A stretch of 64,000 bases of DNA, taken from assembly GCA_034436195.1 (NCBI GenBank), contig DAOTWS010000176.1, forward strand, positions 113 to 64,112, in the 5' to 3' direction. Source of the DNA: Anaerolineae bacterium. Its GTDB lineage: Bacteria; Chloroflexota; Anaerolineae; Promineifilales; Promineifilaceae. Of the stretch, positions 37,504 through 48,611 are shown one piece after another. The notes under the pieces were generated by a model, which saw only the letters and a program-made list of their open reading frames with translations, had not been told where the DNA came from and did no database searches. The translations under genes were made by a program, and so were the position numbers. How positions within the stretch are numbered: the stretch's first letter is position 1; each line of letters begins with the position of its first letter.

Positions 37504-38682
37504 ATGAAAAATCAGAGACGTATTTTCTGGTTTGTTGCAGCCTTGTTGGTTCTGTCCGCCCTGGTGGTTGCCTGCCAGCCCCAGGTACAGACGGAAACCG
37601 TTGTTGTTACCAAGGTTGTAACAGAAGAGAAAGAGGTTGAGGTTCCTGTTGAAGTAACTCGCATTGTTACCGAAGTACAGACCGAAACCGTAGAGGTCGT
37701 TCAGGAAGAAGCCCCCTTAGGCTCCGAAGAACGGCCGATCAAAGTTTTATTCGTGCCTTCTGTAGAAACAGATGTCATCATCTCCGGTGGTGAAGTACTG
37801 GCCCAGGCACTTGAAGACGCCACCGGCCTCAAGTTTGAAGTCAGCGTACCCACAAGCTACGCAGCCACAATCGAAGAAATGTGTGCTTCCCCAGAAGACA
37901 CCATTGGCTTCATTCCGGCTCAGGGTTACGTCTTGGCCAATCGGCGTTGCGGCGTTACCGTTGGCGCGGCGGCCGTGCGCTTTGGCCTTTCCTGGTATGC
38001 AGCCCAATTCGTTGTCCGCACCGATAGCGGCATCGAAACCCTGGAAGACCTGAATGGTAAGACCTGGGGTATTCCTGACTTCGGCTCCACCTCCGGTTAT
38101 CTCTATCCATTGGCTATGATGACTGAAATGGGCATCGAACCCGGTGAAATTATTGAAACCGGTGGCCACGGAAATGCGATGCTGGCTGTTTACAACGGTG
38201 ATGTTGACTTCGCCACGGCTTTCTTCAGCCCGCCGTTGCTGCCTGACCGTCGTTGGGTTTACGGTGTAGACGATCCGGAAATCTGGCGTCAAGCTGGTGA
38301 ATCCCCAGTACGCACAGAAGAAGGTCGTACGTATGTGGCTGGTGGCCCCGATGCTGGCGGTTACCGTATTCTGGACGCTCGTGCAACAGTCATCGACACC
38401 GCGCCAGATATTTTTGATGTGACCAAGATCATCGCTCTGACTGACCAGATCCCGAACGACACTGTTTCCTTCGGGCCGCAATTCCCGCTGGGGCTGGCTG
38501 ATCAAATCGTGGATGCTCTGGTTGCATTTACTGCATCTGATGCGTGTGCCGAGTCCATCTGCTCTGATGACTTCTACAACTGGACTGGGCTGGAGCCGGT
38601 AAGCGACAGCTTCTATGATCCAGTACGTGAGGCTATGGACACGCTGGGCATCACCGAAGAAGATATTTTTGGTGAAGGGTAA
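37504..38682 (+). CDS. phnD: phosphonate/phosphite ABC transporter substrate-binding lipoprotein (PhnD-like)
   Basis: Lipobox LVVAC, an ETVVVTKVVTEEKEVEV linker, then PIKVLFVPSVE...YAATIEEM...DFGSTSGYLYP. phnC and phnE lie adjacent. Confidence 0.8.
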   Translation: MKNQRRIFWFVAALLVLSALVVACQPQVQTETVVVTKVVTEEKEVEVPVEVTRIVTEVQTETVEVVQEEAPLGSEERPIKVLFVPSVETDVIISGGEVLAQALEDATGLKFEVSVPTSYAATIEEMCASPEDTIGFIPAQGYVLANRRCGVTVGAAAVRFGLSWYAAQFVVRTDSGIETLEDLNGKTWGIPDFGSTSGYLYPLAMMTEMGIEPGEIIETGGHGNAMLAVYNGDVDFATAFFSPPLLPDRRWVYGVDDPEIWRQAGESPVRTEEGRTYVAGGPDAGGYRILDARATVIDTAPDIFDVTKIIALTDQIPNDTVSFGPQFPLGLADQIVDALVAFTASDACAESICSDDFYNWTGLEPVSDSFYDPVREAMDTLGITEEDIFGEG

Positions 38683-38700
38683 TACTCTCTAGCAATTCAA

Positions 38701-38736
38701 GAAGCCGGGGGACATGAGTCCACCCGGCTTCTTTTT
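38701..38736 (+). terminator. rho-independent terminator/attenuator after phnD
   Basis: Stem GAAGCCGGG/CCCGGCTTC followed by TTTTT. Confidence 0.65.
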
Positions 38737-38928
38737 ATGATATTTTTGAAAAATGGCAGGCCTGGCTTGTTTTATCCTGAAAATCATTTTTGGCATTATC
38801 TTGTTTTGAAGGAAGTTTTGATTATATTTTGTTGGTTTGGATACAAGTCATTGTTTGCCACTGCTCAGGTATGCTGCCAGGAGTCTAATTCTCTAATACT
38901 GCCTGAGCAGTTGTATTAAAAATATAGT

Positions 38929-39699
38929 TTGTTGGAAGAGGATAAAGTGCTAAGGGTCAAAAATCTTACCAAGGTTTATGAGGACGGAACAGTTGCCCTG
39001 GATAATGTGAGCTTTGAGGTTCCGGATGGGCAGTTTGTGGCAATTATTGGGTTAAGTGGTTCTGGAAAGAGTACTTTGCTGCGGTGTATTAATCGCCTGA
39101 TTGAGCCTACATCGGGAGAGATTTGGTGGAATGATGTTAAGCTTTCTCATATTTCAGGCGAAGAGTTGCGCCGGGCTCGTCGCAAGATTGGTATGATTTT
39201 TCAGCATTTTAATCTTGTGGATCGTTCTTCGGTGTTAACGAATGTGTTAAGTGGTCGTTTGGGGTATGTAAATCCAATTGCCAGTATTCTGAAGCGGTTT
39301 CCCCCGGAAGATATTGAGCGGGCTTATGCGAATCTGGAGCGGGTAGGGATTCGAGATAAGGCGCATAACCGGGCAGATGAATTGAGTGGTGGACAGCGGC
39401 AACGTGTCGGTATTGCGCGGGCATTGATGCAGGAGCCAGAGTTGATTTTGGCAGATGAACCGGTGGCGAGTCTGGACCCGGCATTGGCCCATAGTATTAT
39501 GCGGCATCTACAACAAATTAATCAAGAAGATAATATTACGGTGTTGTGTAGTTTGCATTTTCTGGATCTGGTGCAGCAGTATAGTACGCGGGCAATTGCG
39601 CTGAATAAGGGACAGCTGGTGTTTGACGGCCGTCCGGAAGAGATTGATGATGAGCGTTTCGCGGAAATTTATGGCCGTGAAGCGGAGCGAATTGGTTAA
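38929..39699 (+). CDS. phnC: phosphonate ABC transporter ATP-binding protein
   Basis: [40 protein letters not shown] and [10 protein letters not shown]. The true start may be GTG 38947, preceded by GGAAGAGGA. Confidence 0.9.
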   Translation: MLEEDKVLRVKNLTKVYEDGTVALDNVSFEVPDGQFVAIIGLSGSGKSTLLRCINRLIEPTSGEIWWNDVKLSHISGEELRRARRKIGMIFQHFNLVDRSSVLTNVLSGRLGYVNPIASILKRFPPEDIERAYANLERVGIRDKAHNRADELSGGQRQRVGIARALMQEPELILADEPVASLDPALAHSIMRHLQQINQEDNITVLCSLHFLDLVQQYSTRAIALNKGQLVFDGRPEEIDDERFAEIYGREAERIG

Positions 39700-39717
39700 T
39701 CGGTTGAAGAGCTGGCG

Positions 39718-41379
39718 ATGAAGAACCAAAATGGAAATAAATGGTGGCGGCGAGCGGCTTTGATTGCTGCGGTGTTGGTGGTTTATATTTATGCTGTTCA
39801 GGCTACGCAAATTAATCTTGAGGAACCGCTTAAACCTCGTCGTCAGGAGAATTTAATTGGTCTGATTCGGGAATTGGCACATCCGGATTTGTTTGCGTTT
39901 GAGAATGAAACCCGGAGTACGAATATTTCGATTCGTATGCCTTGCCCAGAAGAAATTAAGGGGTCGCAGGTGACGGCGGAGGGGCGTGTGGCTACGTTGG
40001 CCCCAAACTGTGCGACAACGACACAGGATTTGTTGCAGTTGTCTGGGGAGGGGTTTAAGCCTAACGGCCGTATTGTGGTTTTCTGGCATCCAGTGGGCTC
40101 TACGAGTGTGCGCCGATTGACGGACACGAAGGCTGATGCGGAAGGTAAGTTCGTGACGCAGTTTACGATGCCGGATATTCGGGAAACGGCCGATCCGCAA
40201 CGCATTGAAATTGTGGAAGTGATTGACCGACGTATTATTGGCTTGAGTGATACCAGCAATGAGGCACTGCAAAAGATTGTAGAAACTGTTTTGATGGCCT
40301 TGTTGGCTTCTACCTTTGGCACGTTGCTGGCTATTCCGCTTTCGTTTATTGCGGCTCGCAATTTGATGGAAAGTATTAAGGTGCCTTTGGCAGCTACTAT
40401 GTTGGCTATCATTCTCACGCCTGTGTTAGCTGGTGGTGGCTGGATTTTGGTGAGTCGCTTGACAACTCCTCTGGTTAACACGGATAGTGGGGTGTTGCTG
40501 TCTATCAAGGATTCGTTCCTTACATTTGGTTTTGTGGGGAATTTTATTTATGTGTTGTTGTTTTTCCTGTTTTTGCTGTTGTTGCCCTTATTGGCAGCGT
40601 TGGTGGGATTGATTGTCGCTGTGGTATTGGGCAACCGGTATGGACAGGAAGCGATGATGCGAATGAGTGATGGGACGGCACGGGGCGTAACGGCCGTTTT
40701 GACCTTCCTGGGTAGTGCTATCCTTTTCCTGTTGATTGCTCTGTTTATCAGCTGGCTAAATGTCTTGGGAGTCAGTCAGTTTTTACCGGAAACAACGACA
40801 GGGCGGGTACAAATGCTTTTGTTACCGGCTGGGGTTGTAGGGGCTGTTGGTGCTATTCTATCATTGCGGCGTGATCCGAAACGGCCGTTTGCCATCGGCT
40901 TCATCATCTACACCCTCACCCGCGGCATATTCAATGCTATCCGTTCTATCGAACCTATCATGATGGCCTTCGTCTTTGTCGTTTGGGTTGGCCTGGGACC
41001 CTTTGCCGGTATTATGGCCCTCACACTCCACTCCCTCGCTGACCTTGGCAAACTATTCTCAGAAGAAGTGGAAAACATCGCCGAAGGTCCCCTGGAAGCC
41101 ATTACCGCCACAGGTGCCAACTTCGTGCAACAAATCTCCTACGCCGTCATTCCCCAAATCTTCCGGCAATACATCGCCTACATCTTCTACCGGTGGGACA
41201 TCAACGTTCGTATGTCCACCATCATCGGTTTCGTAGGTGGCGGTGGTATTGGCTTTGTTCTGCAACGAAATATCAACCAGACACTCTACACAAAGGCCAG
41301 TGTTATGGTCATTGCTATTGCCATTGTCGTGGGTGTGCTTGACTATTTAAGCGCACAAATTCGCGACCGAATTATTTAG
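39718..41379 (+). CDS. phnE: phosphonate ABC transporter permease, expanded form (553 aa) with an extracytoplasmic insert
   Basis: C-terminal core EAITATGANFVQQISYAVIPQIFRQYIAYIFYRWDINVRMSTIIGFVGGGGIGFVL is PhnE-like. There is a ~150-aa insert after TM1. Confidence 0.85.
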   Translation: MKNQNGNKWWRRAALIAAVLVVYIYAVQATQINLEEPLKPRRQENLIGLIRELAHPDLFAFENETRSTNISIRMPCPEEIKGSQVTAEGRVATLAPNCATTTQDLLQLSGEGFKPNGRIVVFWHPVGSTSVRRLTDTKADAEGKFVTQFTMPDIRETADPQRIEIVEVIDRRIIGLSDTSNEALQKIVETVLMALLASTFGTLLAIPLSFIAARNLMESIKVPLAATMLAIILTPVLAGGGWILVSRLTTPLVNTDSGVLLSIKDSFLTFGFVGNFIYVLLFFLFLLLLPLLAALVGLIVAVVLGNRYGQEAMMRMSDGTARGVTAVLTFLGSAILFLLIALFISWLNVLGVSQFLPETTTGRVQMLLLPAGVVGAVGAILSLRRDPKRPFAIGFIIYTLTRGIFNAIRSIEPIMMAFVFVVWVGLGPFAGIMALTLHSLADLGKLFSEEVENIAEGPLEAITATGANFVQQISYAVIPQIFRQYIAYIFYRWDINVRMSTIIGFVGGGGIGFVLQRNINQTLYTKASVMVIAIAIVVGVLDYLSAQIRDRII

Positions 41380-41391
41380 GAGCCGGTACAA

Positions 41392-42936
41392 ATGGTCTCG
41401 AATCTGAACGATAAACAAACAAATTCTCCATTACGGCATGCCCTACTCACCTTTGCTGGGTTTATGCTTATCTTCTTGCTTTATGCGATTGCCGTACAAG
41501 TAACTGATGTCAATCTGGAAAAATTACAGCAGCCTACCCGCCAACAACAATTATTGCTGGTTTTGCGCCAACTGGCTGACCCCAATCTGACTGATCCGGA
41601 TTTGCTGGACTTTACGCTAGGGGCAGAATCAGGACCTCTGCAACTAAGCCAAACGACGCGTGATACCATTAATTTAATTCTGGAAACAATTTTCATGGCC
41701 CTGATTGCTACGACAATTGGGACGGTTTTGGCAGTGCCTGTGTCATTTACAGCCGCTCGTAATCTGATGCGGGATGTAAAAGCACCTCTGGCAGCCATTA
41801 TGCTGGCGCTGACGCTGTTGCCAATTGGTGGTGGTATCGGTTTTTTCCTGGCAAAATGGATGTTGTCGTTGGCAGAAACAGCTAACCAGCAAGTATTGGT
41901 TGGTGTAGTCGGTACAGTCATAGCTGGTGGCGCGTTGTGGCCGCTTTTGCAAATGAATCTGGGCCTTGAGATGGATGCTGGTTTTTCTGGCCAAAAGTTG
42001 GCGGTTTTTCTTGTGCGTGGACTGGCAGCATTGTTGTTGTCTCTGTTTTTGGTGAGTTCGCTGTCTCACTTGGGTGCCCGGGCTGGCATATGGCTTCTGG
42101 ATAAGGGGATTATTCTGGGGGCTATTGGTAATTTTATCAAGGTGATTGGTGAGTTTTTCTTGCTGGCGTTGCCAAGTTTGATGGGCTTGCTCGGGGCATT
42201 TGTAGCGGTTGCGCTGGGGAGTACCTACGGTCAGGAGTTGGTTTTGCGAATTGCTGAAGGGCGGGCACGTGCAATAACGGCCGTTTTGACAGTAACAGGC
42301 ACGGCCATTTTTGTGTATGCCATTGGCGCTGGCCTCAATTGGCTTTACCAGTTTGATAACCCGGCTAACTGGACAACAATTCCCGCAACCGTTGTCGGCA
42401 TTGTGCTGGGAACAGGGTCTTTATTTGTCGCACCAAAACGGCCGTTTGCCATCGGCAACGCCATCTACGCCATCTCCCGCGGCATCCTCAACACCCTCCG
42501 CTCCATCGAACCCCTCATCATGGCCATCATCTTCGTCGTTTGGGTCGGGCTTGGCCCCTTCGCTGGCGTTATGGCCCTCACCCTTCACACCATCGCCGCC
42601 TTGGGTAAACTCTTCTCCGAGCAAATCGAAGGCATCTCCGAAGGCCCCATCGAAGCCATTACCGCAACCGGAGCCAACCAGCTTCAAACTATCACTTACG
42701 CCGTTATCCCCCAGATCATTCCACCTTACATCGCCTACACCCTCTACCGATGGGACATCAACGTCCGCATGTCCACCATTATCGGTTTCGTAGGTGGCGG
42801 TGGTATCGGCTTTCTGCTCAGCCAGAGTATCCGCCTGCTTCAATATGAAGACGCCAGCGTGATGATGCTGGCAATTGCCTTTGTTGTTTCCGCACTTGAC
42901 TACATCAGTTCCAAAGCACGAACTCGCATCATATAG
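41392..42936 (+). CDS. phnE: phosphonate ABC transporter permease, second paralogue (514 aa)
   Basis: EAITATGANQLQTITYAVIPQIIPPYIAYTLYRWDINVRMSTIIGFVGGGGIGFLL. Confidence 0.85.
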   Translation: MVSNLNDKQTNSPLRHALLTFAGFMLIFLLYAIAVQVTDVNLEKLQQPTRQQQLLLVLRQLADPNLTDPDLLDFTLGAESGPLQLSQTTRDTINLILETIFMALIATTIGTVLAVPVSFTAARNLMRDVKAPLAAIMLALTLLPIGGGIGFFLAKWMLSLAETANQQVLVGVVGTVIAGGALWPLLQMNLGLEMDAGFSGQKLAVFLVRGLAALLLSLFLVSSLSHLGARAGIWLLDKGIILGAIGNFIKVIGEFFLLALPSLMGLLGAFVAVALGSTYGQELVLRIAEGRARAITAVLTVTGTAIFVYAIGAGLNWLYQFDNPANWTTIPATVVGIVLGTGSLFVAPKRPFAIGNAIYAISRGILNTLRSIEPLIMAIIFVVWVGLGPFAGVMALTLHTIAALGKLFSEQIEGISEGPIEAITATGANQLQTITYAVIPQIIPPYIAYTLYRWDINVRMSTIIGFVGGGGIGFLLSQSIRLLQYEDASVMMLAIAFVVSALDYISSKARTRII

Positions 42937-42948
42937 GCGGTAATCAGC

Positions 42949-42977
42949 GGTCGGCCGGCAATATGTTCCGGCCGACC
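42949..42977 (+). terminator. GC-rich hairpin after phnE2 (weak T-tail)
   Basis: Perfect 10-bp stem GGTCGGCCGG/CCGGCCGACC with a 9-nt loop. Only a distal TTTT follows. Confidence 0.4.
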
Positions 42978-43036
42978 CTGACAAAATTTTCCCACTCTTA
43001 ACCCCGTTGCTGATTACCGTCCGGGGAGAAATACCT

Positions 43037-43897
43037 ATGAACCGCAAAAAAATCACCATCCAATATCTGCAAAACAAAAAAGAAAAAAAACAACCTATCA
43101 CTATGCTCACAGCCTATGACTACTCTTCTGCCATGTTGGTTGACCGTGCCGAAATTGACATGATTCTCGTGGGTGATTCGCTAGGCATGGTCATGATGGG
43201 ACTGGATAGCACTGTCCCTGTTACAATGGATGAAATGATCCACCACTGCAAGGCAGTCGCCAGAGGCGCCCAATATGCTTTCATGGTAGGAGATATGCCG
43301 TTTATGTCTTACCAGGCAGATATAGCTGAAGCTGTTCGCAATGCCGGGCGTTTTCTAAAGGAAGCAGGCATGGATGCTGTGAAGCTGGAAGGTGGCAGCG
43401 AAGTTACTGATACCGTCAAGGCTATTGTGCGGGCTGGCATTCCAGTAATGGGACATATTGGCCTGACTCCCCAATCCATTTCAAAGTTAGGGGGATATCG
43501 CGTGCAAGGGAAAACGGCCGAATCTGCCCTGCGCCTCCTTCAAGATGCACTTGCCCTAGAAGCAGCCGGATGCTTTAGCATCGTCCTCGAAGCCGTACCA
43601 GCTCCCGTTGCTACCGAAATTAGCCGCCATTTGCGCATACCAACCATCGGCATCGGTGCCGGAGCTGGCTGCGATGGTCAGGTGCTGGTCTATCATGATC
43701 TTCTGGGACTGTTTGACCGGCTTAGTCCACGTTTTGTAAAACAGTATGCCAACTTAAGTAAAATCATCACTGAAGCATTAACCGCATACCGTCAAGATGT
43801 GGAAACAGGCCAATTTCCAGCAGAAGAACATACCTACCCCATCGATGAAAATGAATTGGCTACATTTCAGGCAGCCGTACAAAAATCCTTTTCATAA
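43037..43897 (+). CDS. panB: 3-methyl-2-oxobutanoate hydroxymethyltransferase
   Basis: ITMLTAYDYSSAMLVDRAEIDMILVGDSLGMVMMG...VKLEGG...GHIGLTPQS. Confidence 0.95.
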   Translation: MNRKKITIQYLQNKKEKKQPITMLTAYDYSSAMLVDRAEIDMILVGDSLGMVMMGLDSTVPVTMDEMIHHCKAVARGAQYAFMVGDMPFMSYQADIAEAVRNAGRFLKEAGMDAVKLEGGSEVTDTVKAIVRAGIPVMGHIGLTPQSISKLGGYRVQGKTAESALRLLQDALALEAAGCFSIVLEAVPAPVATEISRHLRIPTIGIGAGAGCDGQVLVYHDLLGLFDRLSPRFVKQYANLSKIITEALTAYRQDVETGQFPAEEHTYPIDENELATFQAAVQKSFS

Positions 43898-43940
43898 AAG
43901 CCCCGTTTTAGCTATGCATGGAATAGATGAGCCAAGACGG

Positions 43941-43968
43941 TTGATCTCACCTATTCCCGTGCTATAAT
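43941..43968 (+). promoter_or_regulatory. promoter TTGATC-16nt-TATAAT with a TGn extension (sugar ABC operon)
   Basis: TTGATC at 43941-43946 and gTGcTATAAT ending at 43968. Confidence 0.5.
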
Positions 43969-44021
43969 CGCCATCGGTTTGTGAAAGGTTTAACGACTGT
44001 ACAGCAAGCGAGGTAAAAGCC

Positions 44022-45683
44022 ATGGCCACACAAACAGCACGTGGGCAAGAAACGGCCGTAACCCGTCATTCTACTGGCATTTTCACCGGCCGTCGTGGGC
44101 GTCTACTCAGAGAACACCTCACCGCCTACCTGTTTCTCACACCCGCAGCCCTAATTATCTTCACCTTTGGTATTTTCCCTATTTTCTACGCAGCCTATGT
44201 CAGCATGTACAAATGGCGCATCCGTCAAGGCGAATTTCGCGGCTTGGCCAACTTCATCCGAGCCATGGGCGATGTCGCCTACGTCTTCTTCGCCATCATC
44301 GTCCTCATCCTCCTCATCGTCGCCATCAACGCTGCCATCAAAGCCTACCGAACAGCCCGAGAACAAGCAATCCCCCTCCGTTTCCCCCTTCTCGCCTTCA
44401 TTCCCGGCGCCCTCATCAGCTACGGACTCGCCGAAATCCTGCTCCGCTTCATCACCTTCTTCAGCCAGGAACAAGCAATCCAACAAGGATACGCCAAAAT
44501 ACTTGGCAACGTGCCACTAGGCATCACATTACTCATCCTCGGCTTCATCGTCTCACATTATGTCAATAACATACAACACAAAGCTGCCGCCAAAAGCCCC
44601 TACTCCATCCTCCCCAGCTTCCTCGGTCCCGCCACCATCATCATCGTCTGCACTGCTACCGCCTTCCTCCTGGCCCGCTTCACCTACCAGGAACTCCAGG
44701 CTTCTGAACGATACGGACTCGCCCTCATTCGGGCGGCACTCATGGCAGCCGGTCTAATCATCTTCGCTTTAGCCTACATCCTCTGGCGCTGGGCCATGCA
44801 CCAACACTCCACCCTCAAAACAATTCTGGGCATTCTGGCAGCAGCAGCCTTCATTGGTGGCGGTGTGTTTTTCACCACCTTTTGGCCAATCATCAGCAAA
44901 GATGCCGACGTTGACTTCTACCGCTCCCTTCAGGTAACCGTCTTCTTCTCCCTTGGCACAGTACCTATCCAACTCACCATTGCTCTCATCCTCGCCTACT
45001 TACTTTTCCAGGACATCAAAGGAAAAGCCTTATTCCGCGTCATCTTCTTCATTCCATACATCGCACCATCAGTAGCAACAGCCGGTATCTTTGAAGTTAT
45101 CTTCAGCTTACGCGAAGGCAGCATTGCCAATCGCATCATCGCTTTTCTGACCAACGGAGCTACCAAATCCCTTCTATGGCTCAAAGAACCAAACCCGGCA
45201 CTAAGCGTACTGGGGCAGGCATTTGGCATTGACATTGCTGCCAACTGGAATGCAGGACCCAGCCTGGCATTAGTTGTTATCATCCTGTACGGCATTTGGG
45301 TATTCGTTGGTTACAACACCGTCATCTTCCTGGCGGGATTGGGCAACATTCCTAATGAGCTATATGAAGCCGCCAAAATAGATGGAGCAGGACGATGGGC
45401 GCTATTTCGGCATATCACCCTTCCCCTGCTCTCACCAATTACTTTCTTGCTGTCTGTATTAGCAGTTATCGGTACCTTCAAGGCCTTCAATCATATCTGG
45501 ATACTACGTGATACGGCCGCTTTAGGTACAACCGATACTGCCAGCGTTTACTTCTTCGAAACATTCTTCCGTGGCGCCAGATTTGGTTATGCCACATCCA
45601 TGGCCATCATCCTGTTCACCATTATTTTGGCCATGACAATCATTCAGAATCGGATTGCGGAACGGAGAGTATTCTATGGCTAA
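44022..45683 (+). CDS. carbohydrate ABC transporter permease (MalF-like, extended N-terminus)
   Basis: EAA loop [25 protein letters not shown] and many TM helices. Confidence 0.85.
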   Translation: MATQTARGQETAVTRHSTGIFTGRRGRLLREHLTAYLFLTPAALIIFTFGIFPIFYAAYVSMYKWRIRQGEFRGLANFIRAMGDVAYVFFAIIVLILLIVAINAAIKAYRTAREQAIPLRFPLLAFIPGALISYGLAEILLRFITFFSQEQAIQQGYAKILGNVPLGITLLILGFIVSHYVNNIQHKAAAKSPYSILPSFLGPATIIIVCTATAFLLARFTYQELQASERYGLALIRAALMAAGLIIFALAYILWRWAMHQHSTLKTILGILAAAAFIGGGVFFTTFWPIISKDADVDFYRSLQVTVFFSLGTVPIQLTIALILAYLLFQDIKGKALFRVIFFIPYIAPSVATAGIFEVIFSLREGSIANRIIAFLTNGATKSLLWLKEPNPALSVLGQAFGIDIAANWNAGPSLALVVIILYGIWVFVGYNTVIFLAGLGNIPNELYEAAKIDGAGRWALFRHITLPLLSPITFLLSVLAVIGTFKAFNHIWILRDTAALGTTDTASVYFFETFFRGARFGYATSMAIILFTIILAMTIIQNRIAERRVFYG

Positions 45684-46752
45684 ACTAACCGCAAACCAGA
45701 CACCAACCCTATGGCATCGCGTCAACCCTGTACGCATCCTGGTATATTTGATTCTTATAGGTTACTCCATCATCGCCTTACTTCCCCTCTACGTGATGAT
45801 TAGTTCGTCCTTCATGACTCTGGGTGAGGTAAACAGCGGTGCATTTTGGCCTAAATCACTCAATCTGGACAACTGCATTCTGTTCAGTACAGACACATAT
45901 CTCGACCCAGATACAGGCGAAACGGTTACAAAAACCCGATTAACAATTGACATATCCGAAGCAGCCGCAGAAGGACAAGGCATCATTCCCACATCTAATC
46001 GCACGATTAGCCGCGAAGAACATTTCCGTATTCCCTTTCCTGTTAATTATTGCGCTGCCTGGAACAATGCCAACCTGGGACGCTATATCTGGAACACAGT
46101 ACGTATTGTAGCTATCACCCTCACAGGACTCATGATCTTCTCCCCTCTGGCCGCTTACGCCTTTGCTCGGATGGAATTTCCAGGCCGTAATCTGCTTTTC
46201 GGCATTATGCTGGCTACACTCATGGTGCCAGAGATGGTACAAAACCTGCCCAACTTCCTGATCATCACCGAGCTGGGTGAGCTAATGGGCACGAAAGGCT
46301 GGGGACTGTGTAATCTGGAAAATTGCTGGTATAACAACTGGCCAGCACTGACAATCCCCTTTATGGCGACGCCATTTGCCATTTTCTTGATGCGGCAACA
46401 ATTTGCGACTATTCCCAATGAATTGTGGGATGCAGCCCGTATGGATGGCGCTGGTCATTTGCGTTTTCTGATTCAGGTAGTGTTGCCTTTGTCTAAACCA
46501 GTGTTACTGGTGGTTATTTTGTTTGCCTTTATTGGTGCCTGGAATGCGTTGGCCTGGCCAATTTTGGTTACTACTGGTGATACCTGGCGACCAATTTCTT
46601 ATGGCTTGCAGGAATTTTTAGACCAGGAAGGTAATTTTGCTCACTTGCGAATGGCAGGTGCAGTTATCACGGCTTTGCCTGTATTGATTTTGTATGCCTT
46701 TACACAGCGCTACTTTGTGGAGGGGTTGTCCACGAGTGGCCTGAAAGGATAA
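45676..46752 (+). CDS. carbohydrate ABC transporter permease (MalG-like)
   Basis: [34 protein letters not shown]. Overlaps the upstream stop by 8 nt. Confidence 0.85.
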   Translation: MAKLTANQTPTLWHRVNPVRILVYLILIGYSIIALLPLYVMISSSFMTLGEVNSGAFWPKSLNLDNCILFSTDTYLDPDTGETVTKTRLTIDISEAAAEGQGIIPTSNRTISREEHFRIPFPVNYCAAWNNANLGRYIWNTVRIVAITLTGLMIFSPLAAYAFARMEFPGRNLLFGIMLATLMVPEMVQNLPNFLIITELGELMGTKGWGLCNLENCWYNNWPALTIPFMATPFAIFLMRQQFATIPNELWDAARMDGAGHLRFLIQVVLPLSKPVLLVVILFAFIGAWNALAWPILVTTGDTWRPISYGLQEFLDQEGNFAHLRMAGAVITALPVLILYAFTQRYFVEGLSTSGLKG

Positions 46753-46918
46753 TTGTTGATTGTGCATTGTTGGTTTTGCCAACTTTGTGTACTTAAAAAG
46801 TGTTTCAATCAAGGAGGTGATGCCAACGATTGGCGAGAGTATAGTAATGTAAGTAAGTTTTTTGAAAAGGTAAACTATTTCTTAAATCAAACTTTCAAGA
46901 ATGGAGGAGAAAGTTTCG

Positions 46919-48502
46919 ATGTTTAAACGTAAGTATCTTGTTTGGTTTATGTTGCTGGTGCTGGTCATTCCTGTGATTTTGACAGCGTGTGGCGGCACCG
47001 ATCTGGAGCAGGCTGTGAATGAGGCTGCCCAGCAGGTAGAAGAAGCGGCAACTGAAGCTGCTCCGCAAATTGAAGAAGCTGCCACGGAAGTTTCAGAGGC
47101 GGTAGAGGAAGTGGCCACGGCCGTTTCTGAAGAACCAGCAGCAGAAGAGCCAGCTGAAGAAGCAATGCCAGAACCTGATTACGACACGTCTATCTACGGC
47201 AACATTGACGAAATCAACCTGGAAGGCGTAAAAGTCGTATTCTGGCATCAGCACAGCCGGCAACGCGAAGAAGAGTTGCTGAAAATTGTAGAAGAGTTTA
47301 ATGCCACCAACCCATACGGCATCATTGTAGAAGCCCGCAACGAAGGCGGCTACGGAGACATTTACAACAAAATGATCGCCGGTCTGAGCAGTGGTGAAGT
47401 ACCGGGACTGGTTGTGGCTTATCAGAACCAGGCTGCTGCGTATCAGGTTGCCAACGGGCTGGTCAGCCTTGAGCCTTACATCAATCATCCCAAGTATGGT
47501 CTGACCGAAGAAGAGCGGGCAGACTTCTTCCAGGCGTTCATTGACGCAGATCGTTTGCCGCAATTTGGTGGCGAAGCATTCGGTTTCCCGCCGAATCGTT
47601 CCATGGAAGTGCTCTACTACAACGCGGACTGGCTGGCCGAATTGCGTGAGGCTGGTGCTATCAGCTTTGATGGCCCGCCACAGACCCCAGATCAGTTTGC
47701 TGAGGCTGTGTGTGCTGCCGCAGAGAATCCTTTCAGCAAGAATCCGGACCCAAGCTTCAGCCTGGGCTACGAAGTACGGACAGATGCTTCTAATGTGGCG
47801 GCTTTGACCTTTGCTCGCGGCGCGGATGTGTACGACTACGAGAACAACCAGTTCACATACAACAATCCCGCAACGGCCGAAGCGCTGTTTATGATGTACG
47901 AACTGTTGAACAATGGTTGCGCCGGCTTGATTGCAGAGCGGTTTGGTGACCAAACTGACTTTGGCAACGGCAAGGTGCTGTTCACCATGGGCTCTTCTTC
48001 TGGTTTGCCGTTCTACAAGAGCGCGGTGGATGAAGGTGAAGCTGGTGGTTTCAACTGGTCTGTGGCTGCCATTCCGCACACTACAGAAGATCCGGTTATG
48101 GATATTTATGGTGCAAGTGTCAGCATTCCGCGCACCGATCCGGCAACCCAGTTGGCTGCATGGCTGTTCCTGAAATACTATACCTCGCCTGAAATCCAGG
48201 CACGCTGGGCACGGGCTAGCAACTACTTCCCAGTACGGCGTAGTGTGGCTGAAGGTTTGGATGATTACTTTGCGGAAAATCCGGCCTACGAAGAAGCATT
48301 CAAGCTGTTGCCTTATGCGAAATCTGAACCGCCTGTTGCCGGTTATGACAATGTGCGTGATGCAGCGGAAGCAGCATTTAACCGCATTTTGTCTGGTGAA
48401 GATGTGAATGGTGATGGCGCATTTGATATGGCAGATGTGGAGATGATCCTGGCCGAGTTGGATGCGCAAGCAAATGAGATTTTGGCCGAAGCTGCGCCAT
48501 AA
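46919..48502 (+). CDS. ABC transporter extracellular solute-binding lipoprotein (family 1) with an acidic low-complexity linker
   Basis: Lipobox ILTACGG, then an EEAATEAAPQIEEAATEVSEAVEE linker, then an SBP_bac_1-like body. RBS GGAGGAG before the ATG at 46919. Confidence 0.8.
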   Translation: MFKRKYLVWFMLLVLVIPVILTACGGTDLEQAVNEAAQQVEEAATEAAPQIEEAATEVSEAVEEVATAVSEEPAAEEPAEEAMPEPDYDTSIYGNIDEINLEGVKVVFWHQHSRQREEELLKIVEEFNATNPYGIIVEARNEGGYGDIYNKMIAGLSSGEVPGLVVAYQNQAAAYQVANGLVSLEPYINHPKYGLTEEERADFFQAFIDADRLPQFGGEAFGFPPNRSMEVLYYNADWLAELREAGAISFDGPPQTPDQFAEAVCAAAENPFSKNPDPSFSLGYEVRTDASNVAALTFARGADVYDYENNQFTYNNPATAEALFMMYELLNNGCAGLIAERFGDQTDFGNGKVLFTMGSSSGLPFYKSAVDEGEAGGFNWSVAAIPHTTEDPVMDIYGASVSIPRTDPATQLAAWLFLKYYTSPEIQARWARASNYFPVRRSVAEGLDDYFAENPAYEEAFKLLPYAKSEPPVAGYDNVRDAAEAAFNRILSGEDVNGDGAFDMADVEMILAELDAQANEILAEAAP

Positions 48503-48541
48503 AGGTTTTTAACAGTGTGACGGCTTTTTAGTCGTAAGGGA

Positions 48542-48581
48542 AATAGCCTCAAAGGGTTTCCTTTGGGGCTATTCTTGTTTT
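48542..48581 (+). terminator. rho-independent terminator
   Basis: AATAGCCTCAAAGG/CCTTTGGGGCTATT stem (one mismatch) followed by a T-rich tail. Confidence 0.55.
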
Positions 48582-48611
48582 GAACAGGTTTTAGTAGTTT
48601 GGGGGTAATGA

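Noticed and set aside
38737-38919. 60-aa ORF in the phnD-phnC spacer, and a 71-aa ORF at 20496-20711.
   Set aside because: The first lies in AT-rich intergenic DNA and the second mostly overlaps the 3' end of the redoxin gene. Neither has an RBS or recognisable features. The phnD-phnC spacer is better explained by the terminator and regulatory sequence.
36049-39625. Palindrome-free stretches as horizontally acquired islands: 3750-6672, 10608-13063, 36049-39625, 44060-47116, 50149-53019 and 61009-64000.
   Set aside because: With a mean spacing near 790 bp, a few gaps of 2.5-3.6 kb among 81 intervals are close to random expectation (about 2-4 expected, 6 seen). The gaps contain degenerate copies and core housekeeping genes (glpX, serA, obg).
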